A stretch of 64,000 nucleotides of DNA from Dimorphilus gyrociliatus (GCA_904063045.1 CAJFCJ010000004.1:308195-372194); one strand, 5' to 3'; numbered from the stretch's first letter, positions 20,113-34,537 are shown. Program-made: numbers and translations. Notes: generated from the sequence alone by a model not told the origin.

Positions 20113-22341
20113 ATGAACGCGGTGATATCATTGTGCCATTTTTGTGATAATCACGGCCCCCAAGTAATTTTTACGACCCAAGCCTTTCATGCTCAGGAGC
20201 TATATGTTACGGAAGGTGATGAGGCGCAATATAGGAGTGATTTCCTTAACCATTTCTTCGAGAAAAGAGGAAATAAGCACGAGAATCGATGTTTTGTAGA
20301 ATCTTCAACCAATGAAATAAAATGTGAAAACAATACTCCATCAAAGACAGTACAAACTTGCGAAGTATTACAATTATATCTTTTTCTAGATCATTTTTCA
20401 ATTAACTTTCAAATGAAAATGTAGAAATTACTAAAATTATTTAATGACTCATTCTGAAATGACCACTAAACTCGATTGGAGATTTGGTTATTCCAGATTA
20501 ATAATAAAACGTTTATCTTTCAAAGGGGTGTTCATCTCTAGATCCATTGTTACCAGGATACGTCAGCAAAGATAACGAAGCAAATGTATCGTATATAAGC
20601 AGTCAACATCCACCTAAAACTCAAGTGTACGAAATGCTAAAGCAGTCGTGTATGCGGAGTTTAACTGGCGATGATTCTTTAGGACCAACATCAATAAATT
20701 TTTATGGAGATAGTCAAAGCGGACATACACTAAGCTATACGTTTCACTTAAAAGACAGTGGGGCAAGAGGCAGCAAAAGGTAATTATTTATATATGAAAA
20801 TCGTTATATCGCATATGTCTATTATATTTTTTAGGCAATATAGCATAATTGTATTGATGATGGATAAAATTTACTTGTTGAATTCATGGTCATTTTTAGT
20901 AAAAAATATCAAACATTTCATTGAAGAAGTTATAATGAAAGGCGAAAAAGTATAGTTAAATGTTTTAACAAAAAAATCAAAATATATTGATTTTTATATC
21001 GACAGTCATTCCAAGAAATTCAAAAATCTGGTGATACGTCCAAAAAAAGAGTTAGAGCTTTTGTTGAGATCACGAATGATCCGAATATCTTTAGGAAAAC
21101 TCATCAAGCGTTCTTGTGGATATTGCAGACGGGTGGCAATCGCTTAACGGAAACCATATTAGAGGGTCCACCAACGGAAGACTCTATTTTAGATTTGGAA
21201 AAGCAAGAAGGTATGTTGTATAATTTTATTTTGTTTTTATATATATATAAATTATTACCAATTCTTCTGTCAGTTACGGAGGAAGGATTCATAAAACTTT
21301 TCAGTGAAAAAAAGTTAACTGGCGAACAAATTGAAGAAGGTTCAGCTCAGAACTCTTCAGAGGAGGAGGAAGATAATGGACCAGTAGAAGTTTTTAAAAG
21401 TTTAAGACATTTTTTAAAATTTATTGGACTGCCAAATTTTCATTCACTTGCCCATCACATACTAATTGGGAAACAAGTTGTTATAAGAGCTCAGGATCGT
21501 AGATTAGTTAAATCTGCAATAGACTGCTTAAAAATATTACTACCACAAGGTTGTTGTAGAATCATATATTTTAGTAATAAATACGAGGAGAGATCCAAAT
21601 GTAATCTACTTGGTATGCCCATATCTGCTCAATTACGTCAAACTTCGAAAACTCCTTTCCTTTTGTTAAACATATCCGTAAGTATACTGTTATTTCTTTA
21701 TAATCTAATTTAAAATACTAATTAATTTATCATTGTCAGGAGTCTACAAAAAACATGCATATTCCGAAAAGTATACAATTAAAGGACAAAGAAGTTAATA
21801 TAAAATCTTCTATAAATCTATCAGATACACGTAAATATTTTACTTTCTTTTTTTTGTTAGCGAACTTAAGCCTAAAATCACGAAACTTAATTTGTTCTAG
21901 TTTACGTCACAATTTTACTTGAACTTTTCTTTTGTGTAGTTTAGGCCTATTATAAAAAAATTGTAATCTTTTATTTTCTTCGACACAGCACCGCGAATTT
22001 TAACCCAAATAGAAAGGATTTTATTGAACACAAGTTTAAACGAGTTGGCCATAGAGCAATCTGTAATTATGCTTAGAGAAGAATGGCTTTCAAAGGTCAA
22101 AGTATTGTTTAAATATAAAATTTCGGGAGGAGTAGGAACAGATGAAGTCCATAAAAAGTAAGTGTATTTAAATAAGAAACTGTTCATGTATGATACTTAT
22201 TTTGGTTAAAATTTTTCCAGACTATTAACCGTTGTTAAAGCAACAACACACGACATGGAAGTGTTAAACTTTTGGAAAACCGGTCTCAGTGTTCAGTACA
22301 AGAAAAGAATGGCTAACTGCACGAAACCTGTCCAATTCTAA
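20113..22341 (+). CDS. FLCN: Folliculin
   Basis: MNAVISLCHFCDNHGP; CMRSL...F.LKDSGARG; WILQTGGNRLTETILEGPPTED; LREEWLSKVKVLFKY; LNFWKTGLS. Stop TAA at 22339-22341. Confidence 0.95.
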
Positions 22342-22359
22342 AAGAATTTTTTTTTAAAT

Positions 22360-25300
22360 CTACACCTGAATACCAATTTCTTTTAATACGTTGACTTCAA
22401 GTTGAGTGTGATGTTCAGCAAATACAGGATAACACGAGTTAGCTGATAAAGTTTGTAAATATCTATGTAACAAAAACGAGAAGTTAGATATAAGCCTAAT
22501 AAGTCAAAATTAAATATGGGATAACCTTGTCAAATATTCCTGGAGATCCACCGAATATAAGGGATCATTTTTAGCATCAGGATCATCCTCATCAGCATCA
22601 GCAAGATCTCTATTATATTCTATTACAACGATATTAAAAGAAATAAATAGAAAAACTGTTCAACATTAGACTGCTACTTACTCTCAGCGTAAGCCAGAAT
22701 ATCATCCTCAAAATCTTTGGAAGCCTTTGATGAATCTAAATCCTCCTCATCTTCATCATCCCAGTCCTGATGTATCAAAAGAATTAAATTTATTAAAAAA
22801 AGATTATCTATGGAAAAGTGAAACATACATCATCATTATTTGCGTCTTTGGTTTCTAAAATATTGGATAGCTCGTTTATTAGTAATTTATAAATTTTGAC
22901 TAGAACTGGAATCTGTGTCCATTGCTCTATTTGAAAAGAGAAATATCAAAATAAATTCTTAAGTATTTGTGTTTTTAGTACCGTTAGAACTTCTTGATCT
23001 AGTTCTTATTCCTTCGCCTGAATCAATTCTATCTCCTTTAACACTAAGTCGTTGCAGTCGTTTATCATCGGTTGTGATTGCATGCTCTAGTAGGCTGCAC
23101 AAGGCAAGAATGCTTACTTTTCTTTCGTAAGCACCTACAAAATAATGTTGTTTTGCGCACCATTCGTTTAAAACAAACTCTAAAGCTGATTCACCCATTG
23201 GCCCAGGTACAGAAGACAGAAACTCCAAAATAGCATTTAAATGCTTATGCATTAGCACAGCAAATACTAAAACTAAACTCTGTACTACTGTAAGCGTTTC
23301 TGCTTGTTGTAATTTTAACAGAACAGCTCTGAGCATCATATCCAAGTGTTCACCGAGTTCTCCTCCACTCTTTGTTATTAATAATGATAAAAGTTTTCCA
23401 ACGAAACTTGCACTCGATTCACCGTTTTTGGGATCCAATAACTTTGTAATTACTTGAACAATGTAATATATTCCATTTCTTCCTTCTCCATCTTGCCAAC
23501 AAATGACTTGATCATACGCCTCGGATAAGTAGGCCCTTAAACACTCGCCAACGTTCTGCAGAGTAGCATTGTCATCAGTTGACATTGCACATTTAATACA
23601 TCCTGGAAAGGCTCGGTTCATAGCCATTTCACTTAAGGGCTTAGTAATATTCCTAACAAGATCATTTAAAATATCTATTGCAACAGCCTGAAGCCCAGTT
23701 GAAATTGAGGAATTTCCATCATCAGATGCATTCGCTTCCATGATAGATGTAAGAGTAGGCAACAGGCGAGCTTCAACTTTTGCGGAACATTTTTCATTTG
23801 CTAAAAGAACTCTTAAAGTATCTTGGCAAAGTGAGACAATCATGAAATCTTTAGCATATTTCAAAAGAACAGCCAAAACAAAAGGCGTAACCTTTTCCTC
23901 TGTGGTAGCGGTAAGGTCTTTATCTAAGTCCAAAACAACCCCAAAGACATCTAACACAAGTGCAAGTGTTTCGTTTGAAGAAATCGTTAAGGCTACACTT
24001 CGCAGACCTTCAATTAAAGGTAGTAAATATGGTTTCATTACTTCTAAACGTTTTTCTTTCCATCTCTCATCGAGGGCAAAGTAGTACACTGCTCTTGCTG
24101 CCATTACACGAACAATACTAACTTGCTCCTGAGCAAGAGCTGTTACAGTTGCTTCAAGGAGTTTAGACAGTAAATGGTCTGGTATGAATTTTGAGTAGCG
24201 GGAGGAAACCCACAGGCATCTTCCAAGTAGATAAGGTGATACATTCAAGCCTAAGTCATTTAAGACAACCTCATTCATAAAACGTTCTAGATACAAATGC
24301 TCAACTTTAACACATTCATGAACTAATCCAACAGTAAGCATGACAGCCTCGTGTTTCTTCCACCATATTTCATCTCCATTCTCTCTCAGGGCTGTAGATT
24401 CTCCAATATGTTTTAAAACAGATTCGTTTACTGAATTTGTACACTCGTTAGGAAATTCTTCGCAAAGTTTTAACAATAAAGCCTTAGCTGAAATTCTAAC
24501 TGAAAATGAAAAGGTATCGTCATCCTCATCCTCAAGAAATTGATCTGGGCTTTTGTTCCATTTGTCAACTTCATCGACAGTTATCATCATATAAGTTTCT
24601 AAATAATACATCAAATCAGTTAGGGTATTTCTTATGTTATTCTTTAGTTTTGAGTGATCAATAACCAATTCGATAAACTCGAATATCGACTTTAACAGGC
24701 TTCCGACACCAACATCTTGGCCATCAGAGTCTGTCGTTTGCTCTTCGCATCCATCATTTACTATATTCTGAACATAATAAGTGCTGGTTTCTGTCAGGGT
24801 TTTCCATAATCTTACCAGAATTTCGTTTAAACTGGGAAGGATTTTTCGAGTGAATTGATTTACAAAAGAAATAAAAGTTTCTACCACTTGAGTTTTCAAA
24901 CCGTAATCGCTAATAACTCCATCAGTTGGTAACTCAAGAGAATGAATGAAAGCTTCAAGGAATTTAGGTAAGAAGGGATAAAGAAGATTTTTTGCTGCAT
25001 CTTTATCTACTTGAGCCATAGCTCCAATTAAATCACTGCAGGTACGAAAAATGGCCACAGCTCTTGAACGTGTTCCAACACTGTATAGTTCAACGCTAGT
25101 AAATATTCTGTAGAGTTCTGGGAAGAGTTTAGGTGCGACTGTTGGCATTTGAATGTCTGTAATTTCAGCACAAAACTCTGCCATGACTTTCATAGCACCA
25201 TGAACTGCATTGATATCGTTACTCCTCACGGCTTGCATAAGTATATCGAATAATTCGGGCCAATCCTCAGGCCAATCCGTCCTCGCGATGCTACTAATAG

Positions 25301-25847
25301 CATAAGCAATACTACTACGAACTTTACTTACAGGCTCACTCAGACCACGTGGAAGATTATCTCGGATCATTTTCTTAGTCTGTAGTTTGAAGATATATTA
25401 TTCAATTAGAAGAAAACTTATATAAAATCTTTTTAGTTTACAGTTTAATGTATATTAATGATAAAGAAGTACAATGGATGGTTAAGACTCTTACTTGGGC
25501 CGGTGTTTCTGGTTTCTTAAATTTTTCATTATTGGCTGACCAATGAGCCTCAACATACCGTTTTAAAAGCACAGAGGCAAGTTGGCGAATTTGAAGCGGA
25601 AAGCTTTGGTCCATGGCAAATTCGGTTAAGTAGATGCCAAATTCTACGTATAATTGAAAATATATCAATGAGCGAAAATATAAGAAGTTGGACAAAAAAG
25701 CTTATATTTACCATCAGTAACTTCAATAGCTTCAATACGCTGTTCGGCTGCTTTTCTAATTGATTCATCAGGGGATAAAACTGCATTTAAACTCTCAATA
25801 AGAGCCTCTTTTAGGTTAAGGGATACTTCCACTGCCTCTCCCGCCAT
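22360..25847 (-). CDS. IPO9: Importin-9
   Basis: [18 protein letters not shown]; [23 protein letters not shown]; WWKKHEA; [13 protein letters not shown]; [12 protein letters not shown]. Final exon ...[10 protein letters not shown] with TAG at 22360-22362. Confidence 0.95.
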
Positions 25848-26959
25848 GTTTTCATAAGCCTATGACAGGTACTACTAAAATGGTCTACACTTTCTTCCAA
25901 TTGATAAAGTTATAAAAAGTTTGGACGATATTTTGGAAAGAGAGTGAGAAAAAAATCGAAACTTTCATACTTTCATACTTTCACTTTTTTATGACAGAAT
26001 ATTAAAAATATTATAATTAATCAAATATATTACTTAAAAAAGCATTACAAATTGAAAATAATTTTTAACTAGTTAAACACTAAATCACCATTTCGATATT
26101 TTTTTTTAATAAAATACTTTTTCAAGAGAAAATTCCGACTGAAAATAGGATATAGGATGTAAGATTAAAATAATAGTTACTCTTAGGGAATATAGGCCTT
26201 TATAAATATATGTATCTATACTGATATTTCAAATATATTGGAGGTACACGTGCTACCAGATATGGTAAATAATTAGGCCATATTAAGATTATTTTTTTTA
26301 TTAACAAGGATAAAATAGCAAAGTAAAAATGAAAAGATTGAATGTACGAATAGAATCTATTACAAAGGTTAATAGATATATGTATATTAGTATATATATC
26401 TGTAAATTTCATTATATAACACTTCTGATCGTCTATATCAGAGTTTATCTCAAATTTATTTATATTTCGGTTTTCCTTAAATTCCTAACAGCTTTTTACT
26501 TTCTTTTTACACCTTCAATACTAATGCAATGATAATAATTTCATCTCTTTATCACCTCGCTTTATCACTATTTTGCTTTTGTTTTCCCCATTTTTAAGTT
26601 ACAATTTGGTAAGTACTTCTCAATGTTTGTACAATATAAACTAAGGTTGTTAGCGTAAGAAAAAAAAATAATATATGTAAGGTTTCTTCCTCTTTTTAAT
26701 TATCTTCTTATCCTATCTGATGTTCTGTTCAAACTGAAGACTTCACAGAATGAAACTTTTCAGATATTTCGAAGCTTTCTTAAAAGATAGATAGGCTCTC
26801 AAAGTTATCAATGATAAGATTGAAGCCTACCAATATATTTCAAAAAAATTTACTAATGGTATTTGACTTTTCGCTTTCTAAATAAGTGAGGATTAATTTG
26901 TTTACCTCAATACTTGTAAAACTCGTCTTCAATTCTTATCTAAATGCAAGTTTCTAAAG

Positions 26960-27366
26960 CTATTTATGTCGTTGGCTAAAATGCTCAGCTGCTTTTGTAA
27001 AAACTATATCTGGTAACCATATTTCTTTACAAGGAATATAAATATACGGTAGACGTTACTAAATCATTTCCGGAACTAAAAAATTTATATGAAAAAGAAT
27101 AATAGTCTGATATATCGTATAAGAGATGAATGGGTCATTCCACAATAGCTATCCTCCCACGATGCTAAAAGTCTTGTGGCAAAAGCTATAATTTGCTTTC
27201 TTTCTTCAAATTCTTTTTTCTAAGAATACGCAAAATCAACTTCAACGGTTGAAGGTAAGAAATGAATCATTAGGAGAACTTATAAGCATCTATTGATTTT
27301 ATTATAAATCCGTGACCATCGTATTAATAACTCAAGCAAGCGAGAATATTTTATATTGTTTACCAT
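26960..27366 (-). pseudogene. Degenerate Cys-loop (nAChR/AChBP-like) ligand-binding-domain fragment
   Basis: Ordered motifs SRLLELL..YNKINR, TVEVDFAYS*KKEFEERKQII, LLASWED and IPCKEIWLPDIVF. Interrupted by in-frame TAA/TAG stops and at least one frameshift. Confidence 0.55.
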
Positions 27367-27749
27367 CAAATATGAAAGTAACTAACCAAGAGTAATATTT
27401 CTCTCCGTTAATACTTAATAAGGGAACGCTTAATAGCTTCTATGAATTGATTATTCACTAAAATAATTTTTTATAAATGACTGATCGATAAACTTCAACT
27501 ATTGTTTTTCGATGAGGGTGAGAGTGTTACCTTGTACCCTTCAATAAAGATTGCTTTTAAAATGAGTCAGTGATGGAAATTAAAAAACTTTTGTGTTTAT
27601 TGTCAACATTTATATATATTAATATTTAACTTATATTCATTTTCAAAGTATTTTGAAATAATATTAAAAATAATACACTTTTTTACCATATGTTTTATAA
27701 CATAAGAGATATTTCAGATACTGTACAGATGTGTAGTTTAATCGTCTCT

Positions 27750-30700
27750 TCATTTGCGTTTAATTAATCCCTCCGTACTGGTTGAAACTCTTTGTCCCAG
27801 TTTCTGCATGTAGTTTCTTCTAGCCTTTTCTAGCATAACCATTTTATTACGTCTTAAAATTTCTTGTCTTTCACTAGCAGATTTGGAAAATCGATGACCG
27901 CAAGTTGGTGTCTCCACTCTATAACTTTAAGAAGTAAAAGTATTTATTAGAGTAACCAAGTAGGACGAGAGAAATTTTACTTACTTTGGTTCGCTATATA
28001 GACTTGTACTGGGTACCTGTTGGTCAACTGGTTCGCTGACTTCGACAGTATCGTTTACCTGTAAATTTCATTGCAATTAGATATTTGTAAATTTATTAAA
28101 ATACATCTTTACAACATACAGTATCGGATGGTTTGTCTTCAGATTCTTCAGTAAGCATTGTCTGTTCAAGATGTTCTTCTTCGGGGCTTGATGAGTTCTA
28201 CATTTTTAAAAGCATACATTAACTTTATAAATTAGGAAAAATATAAATTTACCATTCTTAATCGACCTTCCACAATATTACCGACAGTTGTCTCCATCGA
28301 ATGAGTTTCGCTCAAATCTTCCAGAACTGCATTAATATCAGAATCTGGAAATATAGTCATGACTTGTCTTGCCATATTTTGTAAATGCGAGCTGTATCTA
28401 GGTCTATTCACATTTCCTCTTCGCAAAACTGGTCCTCTCATATGAGTGTGAGTAACTTCTACCGACAAACTTGGAAGCCAGCTAATATATCTTGACCCAT
28501 CAAATCGAAATGCGTGGTTGGCTCCAGAATTCATAAAGTCGAAAGAGAAAAGTCTACTACCAGCAACTTCTGGAGCTGCATTAGTATTGTTTCTTGCCGA
28601 TTCGTCAATGATTGACAGTCTACATGTTGGACAAGAGGTATCCTGCTCTAGCCATAATCCCAAACATGTTCTATGGAAAAGATGCTTACAAGGTAGTTTA
28701 CGAGCAGATTCCATTTTGTCCCAACATATAGCGCATTGACAATCTGATTCATCAATATCAGTAACGATTGGGAATTTAGAGTCTATACTTCTGACAACTC
28801 TCATGTAATTGCTATGCCGATTCCATCTTCTAAGAATCTCACTAAATAGATATCGGATTTGCATAAATATTACGAGAGAGGCCATAGATAAAAAGACGTT
28901 TCCCCAGAACTATAAATTATTTAAATTGGAATAATCATTAATAAGAATTAGAAAAAAGCTATTTCGGGAATTCTATAAATTGTACTTACAAGCATATGAA
29001 AGTGGTGAAGGAAATCTATGAGTGAGTATGCCATTTCTAAGATAAAGTCGGCGTAATAATTAGCTGAATGACGTCTTTCCCAAACACTGGCTCCAAATGT
29101 GTCATACAGGTGAATACCATATTTTACTAAACCTAACGTACACTTGCAAAATAATAATAAAGCTTCTGCCGCTAAAAATGCTAAAGTATTCCAGTCCGTT
29201 GCTGAGCCTAGATAATAGGCAGCATAAATCATAGAGAGAGATAGAAGAAATATACATGACAACAATAATAACACTTTTAGATGTAGCCTTAGCCGGGTTG
29301 TTGGCGATGATGCTAACTGTTTAAAAAAGAAAGGGTTTAATAGTATAGATAAATGCATTAATCACTTTATTCTAACTAGCATTTATTAATAATAAAAAAA
29401 TCAATCTACTAATATTAAACTAATAAATAAAAATCATGATAATTTTAATAAATATAAATAAAGTTATTGCCAATAATTAAATGATATGATGGGCAATAGA
29501 ATATTCTTTACAGACTAGTTTTTCTAAGATGCTTCACCTATGAGATGTGCTTTCTCACACGTAGTTGATATGTTTTAGAACATGACTCATCAGTTACGGC
29601 TTGAAACTACGTTCCAAAATATTTACAGTTTAAAAAAAAATCGATACCATTTTATTAAAATTCTATCGTTTAAAAAAATTATTTTATCTATAAATTTATT
29701 TTTATTAGTTCAGAGTCGAAGGTAAATCTGTAAAAAGATCTTAATAGAAATCAGACGATTCAACATATCTGGCGATACTTTGTTCTACATCGAATGACTT
29801 TAAGGAACTAATCAGATAACAAATTGTAATGATTCAACTTTTGGCATAATTTTTCCTAATATTTATTACAAGGAATATTTGTTTTTGCTCGCTATAAATA
29901 AAATTGTTTAAACTTACATAGTCAAAACGCTCCCGGCAAAGGAGGCAGAATACTGTTAAGAAGAGAAGAACAGAAAACCATACTATCCACAAGACGACGT
30001 CTTCAGCTCTTTGTACGTTAAGTACCCCAAAGACAAAAATGAATTTGTAGAAAATGAAATTCATAACCTTCTCCTTTATCTGTTGCCTTTCACTCACACG
30101 CAGTTTACCAAAAAAAACCACTTGTAAACACTTTCCAAGCAATAGTAACATACAATAACACATGTTAATGACAATTATAGTGCACCATCCTTCCTGGAGT
30201 AGTACAAGAGCCATGTCTACGGATAGACTTTCTCCTTTTAAAACAATACCTGTATTGTTTAAATCTTTTCCGTCATCTTCAAGAGACTTCTCTGAAAAGG
30301 TTAGTGGGAGAAGTATTTACCAATTCGTAGTAGGTATATAAAGTATTCTAAGAATTTCGAGGAGATAAATCAATGACAAAACTCTGAATTTTTCGTTTGT
30401 ATATATTAATATGTTAATATTAAAAACAGATATCCCAGGATAACTAATAATGATTGACTAAATACAGATATTTCTAGTTTTTTTAGTGAGAAACTGCTTA
30501 ATCTTAAATTCAGAGGTTAATCATTTACCGGTTTCGTAATACAGGAGTAGTCACGTAATAATTGGAATACTAATACTTTAAAATATCGTACTATTTTCTA
30601 TATCTTGTTAAATTATAATCTCCAAATTCATTGAAAGAAACAAAAATATTGAAGAATGATAAATACCTTCACCGGATAAATCACTGGTATTTTTGGATTT

Positions 30701-30901
30701 ATCAATGGGCCATCTCTGATTGACAAACGGTAAGTCCGAGGGACTTATACTTTTGTTAGCCTTTTTCTCTATAGAGTCTCTGAACTCAATAGCTGTATCA
30801 TACGAATAATACATTGCCAAAGCTATTAAACTGATTGATATCACTGTGTAAGTTCTCAAACTAGGTACGGGTATTGTTTGTCCAAGAAAAGCGAACGGCA
30901 T
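27750..30901 (-). CDS. AMFR: E3 ubiquitin ligase AMFR/gp78 (ERAD)
   Basis: N-terminus MPFAFL..PVPSLRTY, multi-TM region, RING-H2 CAICWD...LPCKHLFHRTCLGLWLEQDTSCPTCR, CUE domain and G2BR SASERQEILRRNK...ARRNY. TGA at 27750-27752. Confidence 0.95.
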
Positions 30902-31652
30902 CTTGTATATTATAAGTTGAGTGTTGATAAAAAGCGTTGATTGTATCCGATTATTTGAGCTACGACATCTGTTGCAGTTTCCTAACAAAAATATTATTTT
31001 ATAACAAAATCAACATGGCCACCGGAAACAACAGCCTCGCAGATATTATCTAATTATAAAAAGGCGGACAAGAGCAGTTTGAATCGAATTTATCAATTTA
31101 CAAACAACTTAGTCAGTAAATTATTAAACTGTTAAAACTCCTTAAAAAAGAATTAAAATTATTTAATCTGAGGTAGAAATATAATATGCAAATACTTGTT
31201 AGGAGAATGTATCAAATCGAAAATCTTCAAATAAAAGTGAATTCTCCTTATTTTCGAAACTTAACTTAAAAGATAGAAAAGTTAATACTTTTTATAATTT
31301 TTGTTAAACTTTAATATAATTTCCCCTTACTTTCTAGATTATTCTAAAATTCGATCATGGACATTGTAGTTTATTTGAACCATCTCTCTGAGCTTTCGAG
31401 ATAATAATTCGTAAATCGTAAATGGTAAAGAGTTGTTTTATTAAAGCGCCACCACCGATTCTTTCTTGAACTTCACGTGTAATTGGCGTGTTTTTAGCCG
31501 GACATAGCGGTAAGAAATATCTTCCGAAATCAAGTAAATCGTGAGTAATTTAACAAGTTTTCTCATAAAATACAACAAAAGTGATACTTGTTATTAATAT
31601 CCTTCTTAAATTTTAATTAATCATTTTGTCTTTATATCGTATTTGCCAGAAC

Positions 31653-32890
<1,238 letters not shown>

Positions 32891-33033
32891 TGAATGCTAA
32901 TCCGCCGAAAATAAATTTATGTCCTTTGATTTCGGTCTAATATATTTGGTTTTTGTTCAAACAATTTTTGTAATAATTTTTTTTAATTATTATCAAATAT
33001 ATGTATTATGTACATATTAAAACATGAATTAAT

Positions 33034-33413
33034 TTAAGTTTGCATAGGTTCGATCTTATATCCCTTGCTTTCCAAAGTTTCCCTATTAAATAAAAAACAT
33101 TAGTCATACGTGTGATTGTTTTATAACAAACATGCCTTAATTGCTGAGTAAAATCATCGTCCACATTATCATCATCCCAGTTATCTTCCCAGGCGTTTAA
33201 ATCATCTTTATCTTCCTGATCGCTGGCCCAAGCTGAAATGATAATTCATATCATTGTATTTTCGCTCAAACAGTATAAAGTTAAATATCGCCGCTTACTT
33301 TCAGCTGGGAATTCTTCGAACTCATCATCTTCTTCAAGCAAACTGAATTGGTGTTCTGGTTTGTCCTTCTCTTCCTTCGGTTTCTCTGCTTTAGCTGAGT
33401 TTTTGTTCGACAT
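33034..33413 (-). CDS. SEM1: SEM1/DSS1 proteasome lid subunit (not in the ORF track)
   Basis: Three exons give MSNK...LLEEDDEFEEFPAE|TWASDQED...WEDNWDDDNVDDDFTQQLR|ETLESKGYKIEPMQT*. The second intron (33083-33135) is GC-AG. Confidence 0.95.
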
Positions 33414-33632
33414 ATCCAGACACAAGTAGATGCTGTAATATCGTGAGCTGCCGAGTTCCGAGTAGTCGTGATTTTCGTATTTAACAATACTCGAAGGAAA
33501 TTCCTAATTATTAGTCTTATTATAAATAAATGATTAAAAATATTTATGCAAATGGTTCACAATAAGGGAAAGAATATTTTCCAAATATTCCATGAACCAC
33601 TCTAGTAAACTATTTCCGCTCACTTCGAATAG

Positions 33633-33641
33633 CATAGCAAC
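33633..33641 (+). promoter_or_regulatory. RFX X-box half-site upstream of CFAP298
   Basis: CATAGCAAC ends 17 nt before the CFAP298 ATG and matches the strong half of the X-box consensus (..ATRGCAAC). Confidence 0.5.
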
Positions 33642-33658
33642 AACAGAACCACGAGAAT

Positions 33659-34537
33659 ATGGTGAAATTACATATAAAAAAAGGAGATGAGGACCAATTC
33701 CTCATCGAAACAACTGTTCAAATTAGTGTTGAAGATCTTATGAAACTTTTGATACCAATCTATAATGGTCGCTTAAAAGTTAATCGAATCTGTTCGGAGA
33801 TCGAAATGCTTGCTGAAAGCGGTGCATCTCTGCCTCCAAACATGCAAGGTTTGACCGAAGAGCAAGTAGAAGAATTGAGACTAGTCGATGAATGGACCGA
33901 AAAGTGTTCACCGAGCGGTGGTTATGATTTTAAGAGGGATGTGATGGGAAGGAGAAATGGAAGATCTCCAAGTCAAAAAATGAAAGATGTTTTATTAAAA
34001 ACAGTTAAAGAAGCTAAAGAAATGATTAGCAAGAAGAAAATCGGTGAAGGTGTGTTCGTAACTCAGAATACTGTAGATGAGGCTCTGTCAATTTTAAGGG
34101 GAGCGGTCACTATTGTTTATCCAATGAATCTACCTCCTCATGATCCCATACGTATGGAATTTGAGAACGTTGAGGATTTGGCCGGAACACAAGCTTCCCT
34201 GGAAATTTTAAATATCGAAGATTCCGCAATCTGGTGGGCGGGCAAAGAATTTCAACGAGGCAAAAATCTTCAAGACTACGTGGGAAAGAACGAAAAGACA
34301 AAAATATTATGCAAACTACAAAAACGTGGAGGAGGACCACCAGCTAGAGAACCAGTTGTTAATGAAGATGAAAGAAAAGCTATGATGTCCTACTATTACA
34401 AAAAACAGGAAGAGTTCAAAAAACTGGAGAAGGAGAGTGATGACGAATATCTAAACTCAGACTGGTGCGATAACAACGCCTTAAAAAGGCAGTTCCAGGG
34501 CATGACGGATATCAAATGGAAATCGGGCTTCCGATAG
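33659..34537 (+). CDS. CFAP298: Cilia- and flagella-associated protein 298 (C21orf59/kurly); intronless CDS
   Basis: MVKLHIKKGDEDQFL; GAVTIVYPMNLPPHDPIR; WWAGKE...GKNEKTKI..KLQKRG.GPPAREP; LKRQFQG..DIKW. Confidence 0.95.
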   Translation: MVKLHIKKGDEDQFLIETTVQISVEDLMKLLIPIYNGRLKVNRICSEIEMLAESGASLPPNMQGLTEEQVEELRLVDEWTEKCSPSGGYDFKRDVMGRRNGRSPSQKMKDVLLKTVKEAKEMISKKKIGEGVFVTQNTVDEALSILRGAVTIVYPMNLPPHDPIRMEFENVEDLAGTQASLEILNIEDSAIWWAGKEFQRGKNLQDYVGKNEKTKILCKLQKRGGGPPAREPVVNEDERKAMMSYYYKKQEEFKKLEKESDDEYLNSDWCDNNALKRQFQGMTDIKWKSGFR

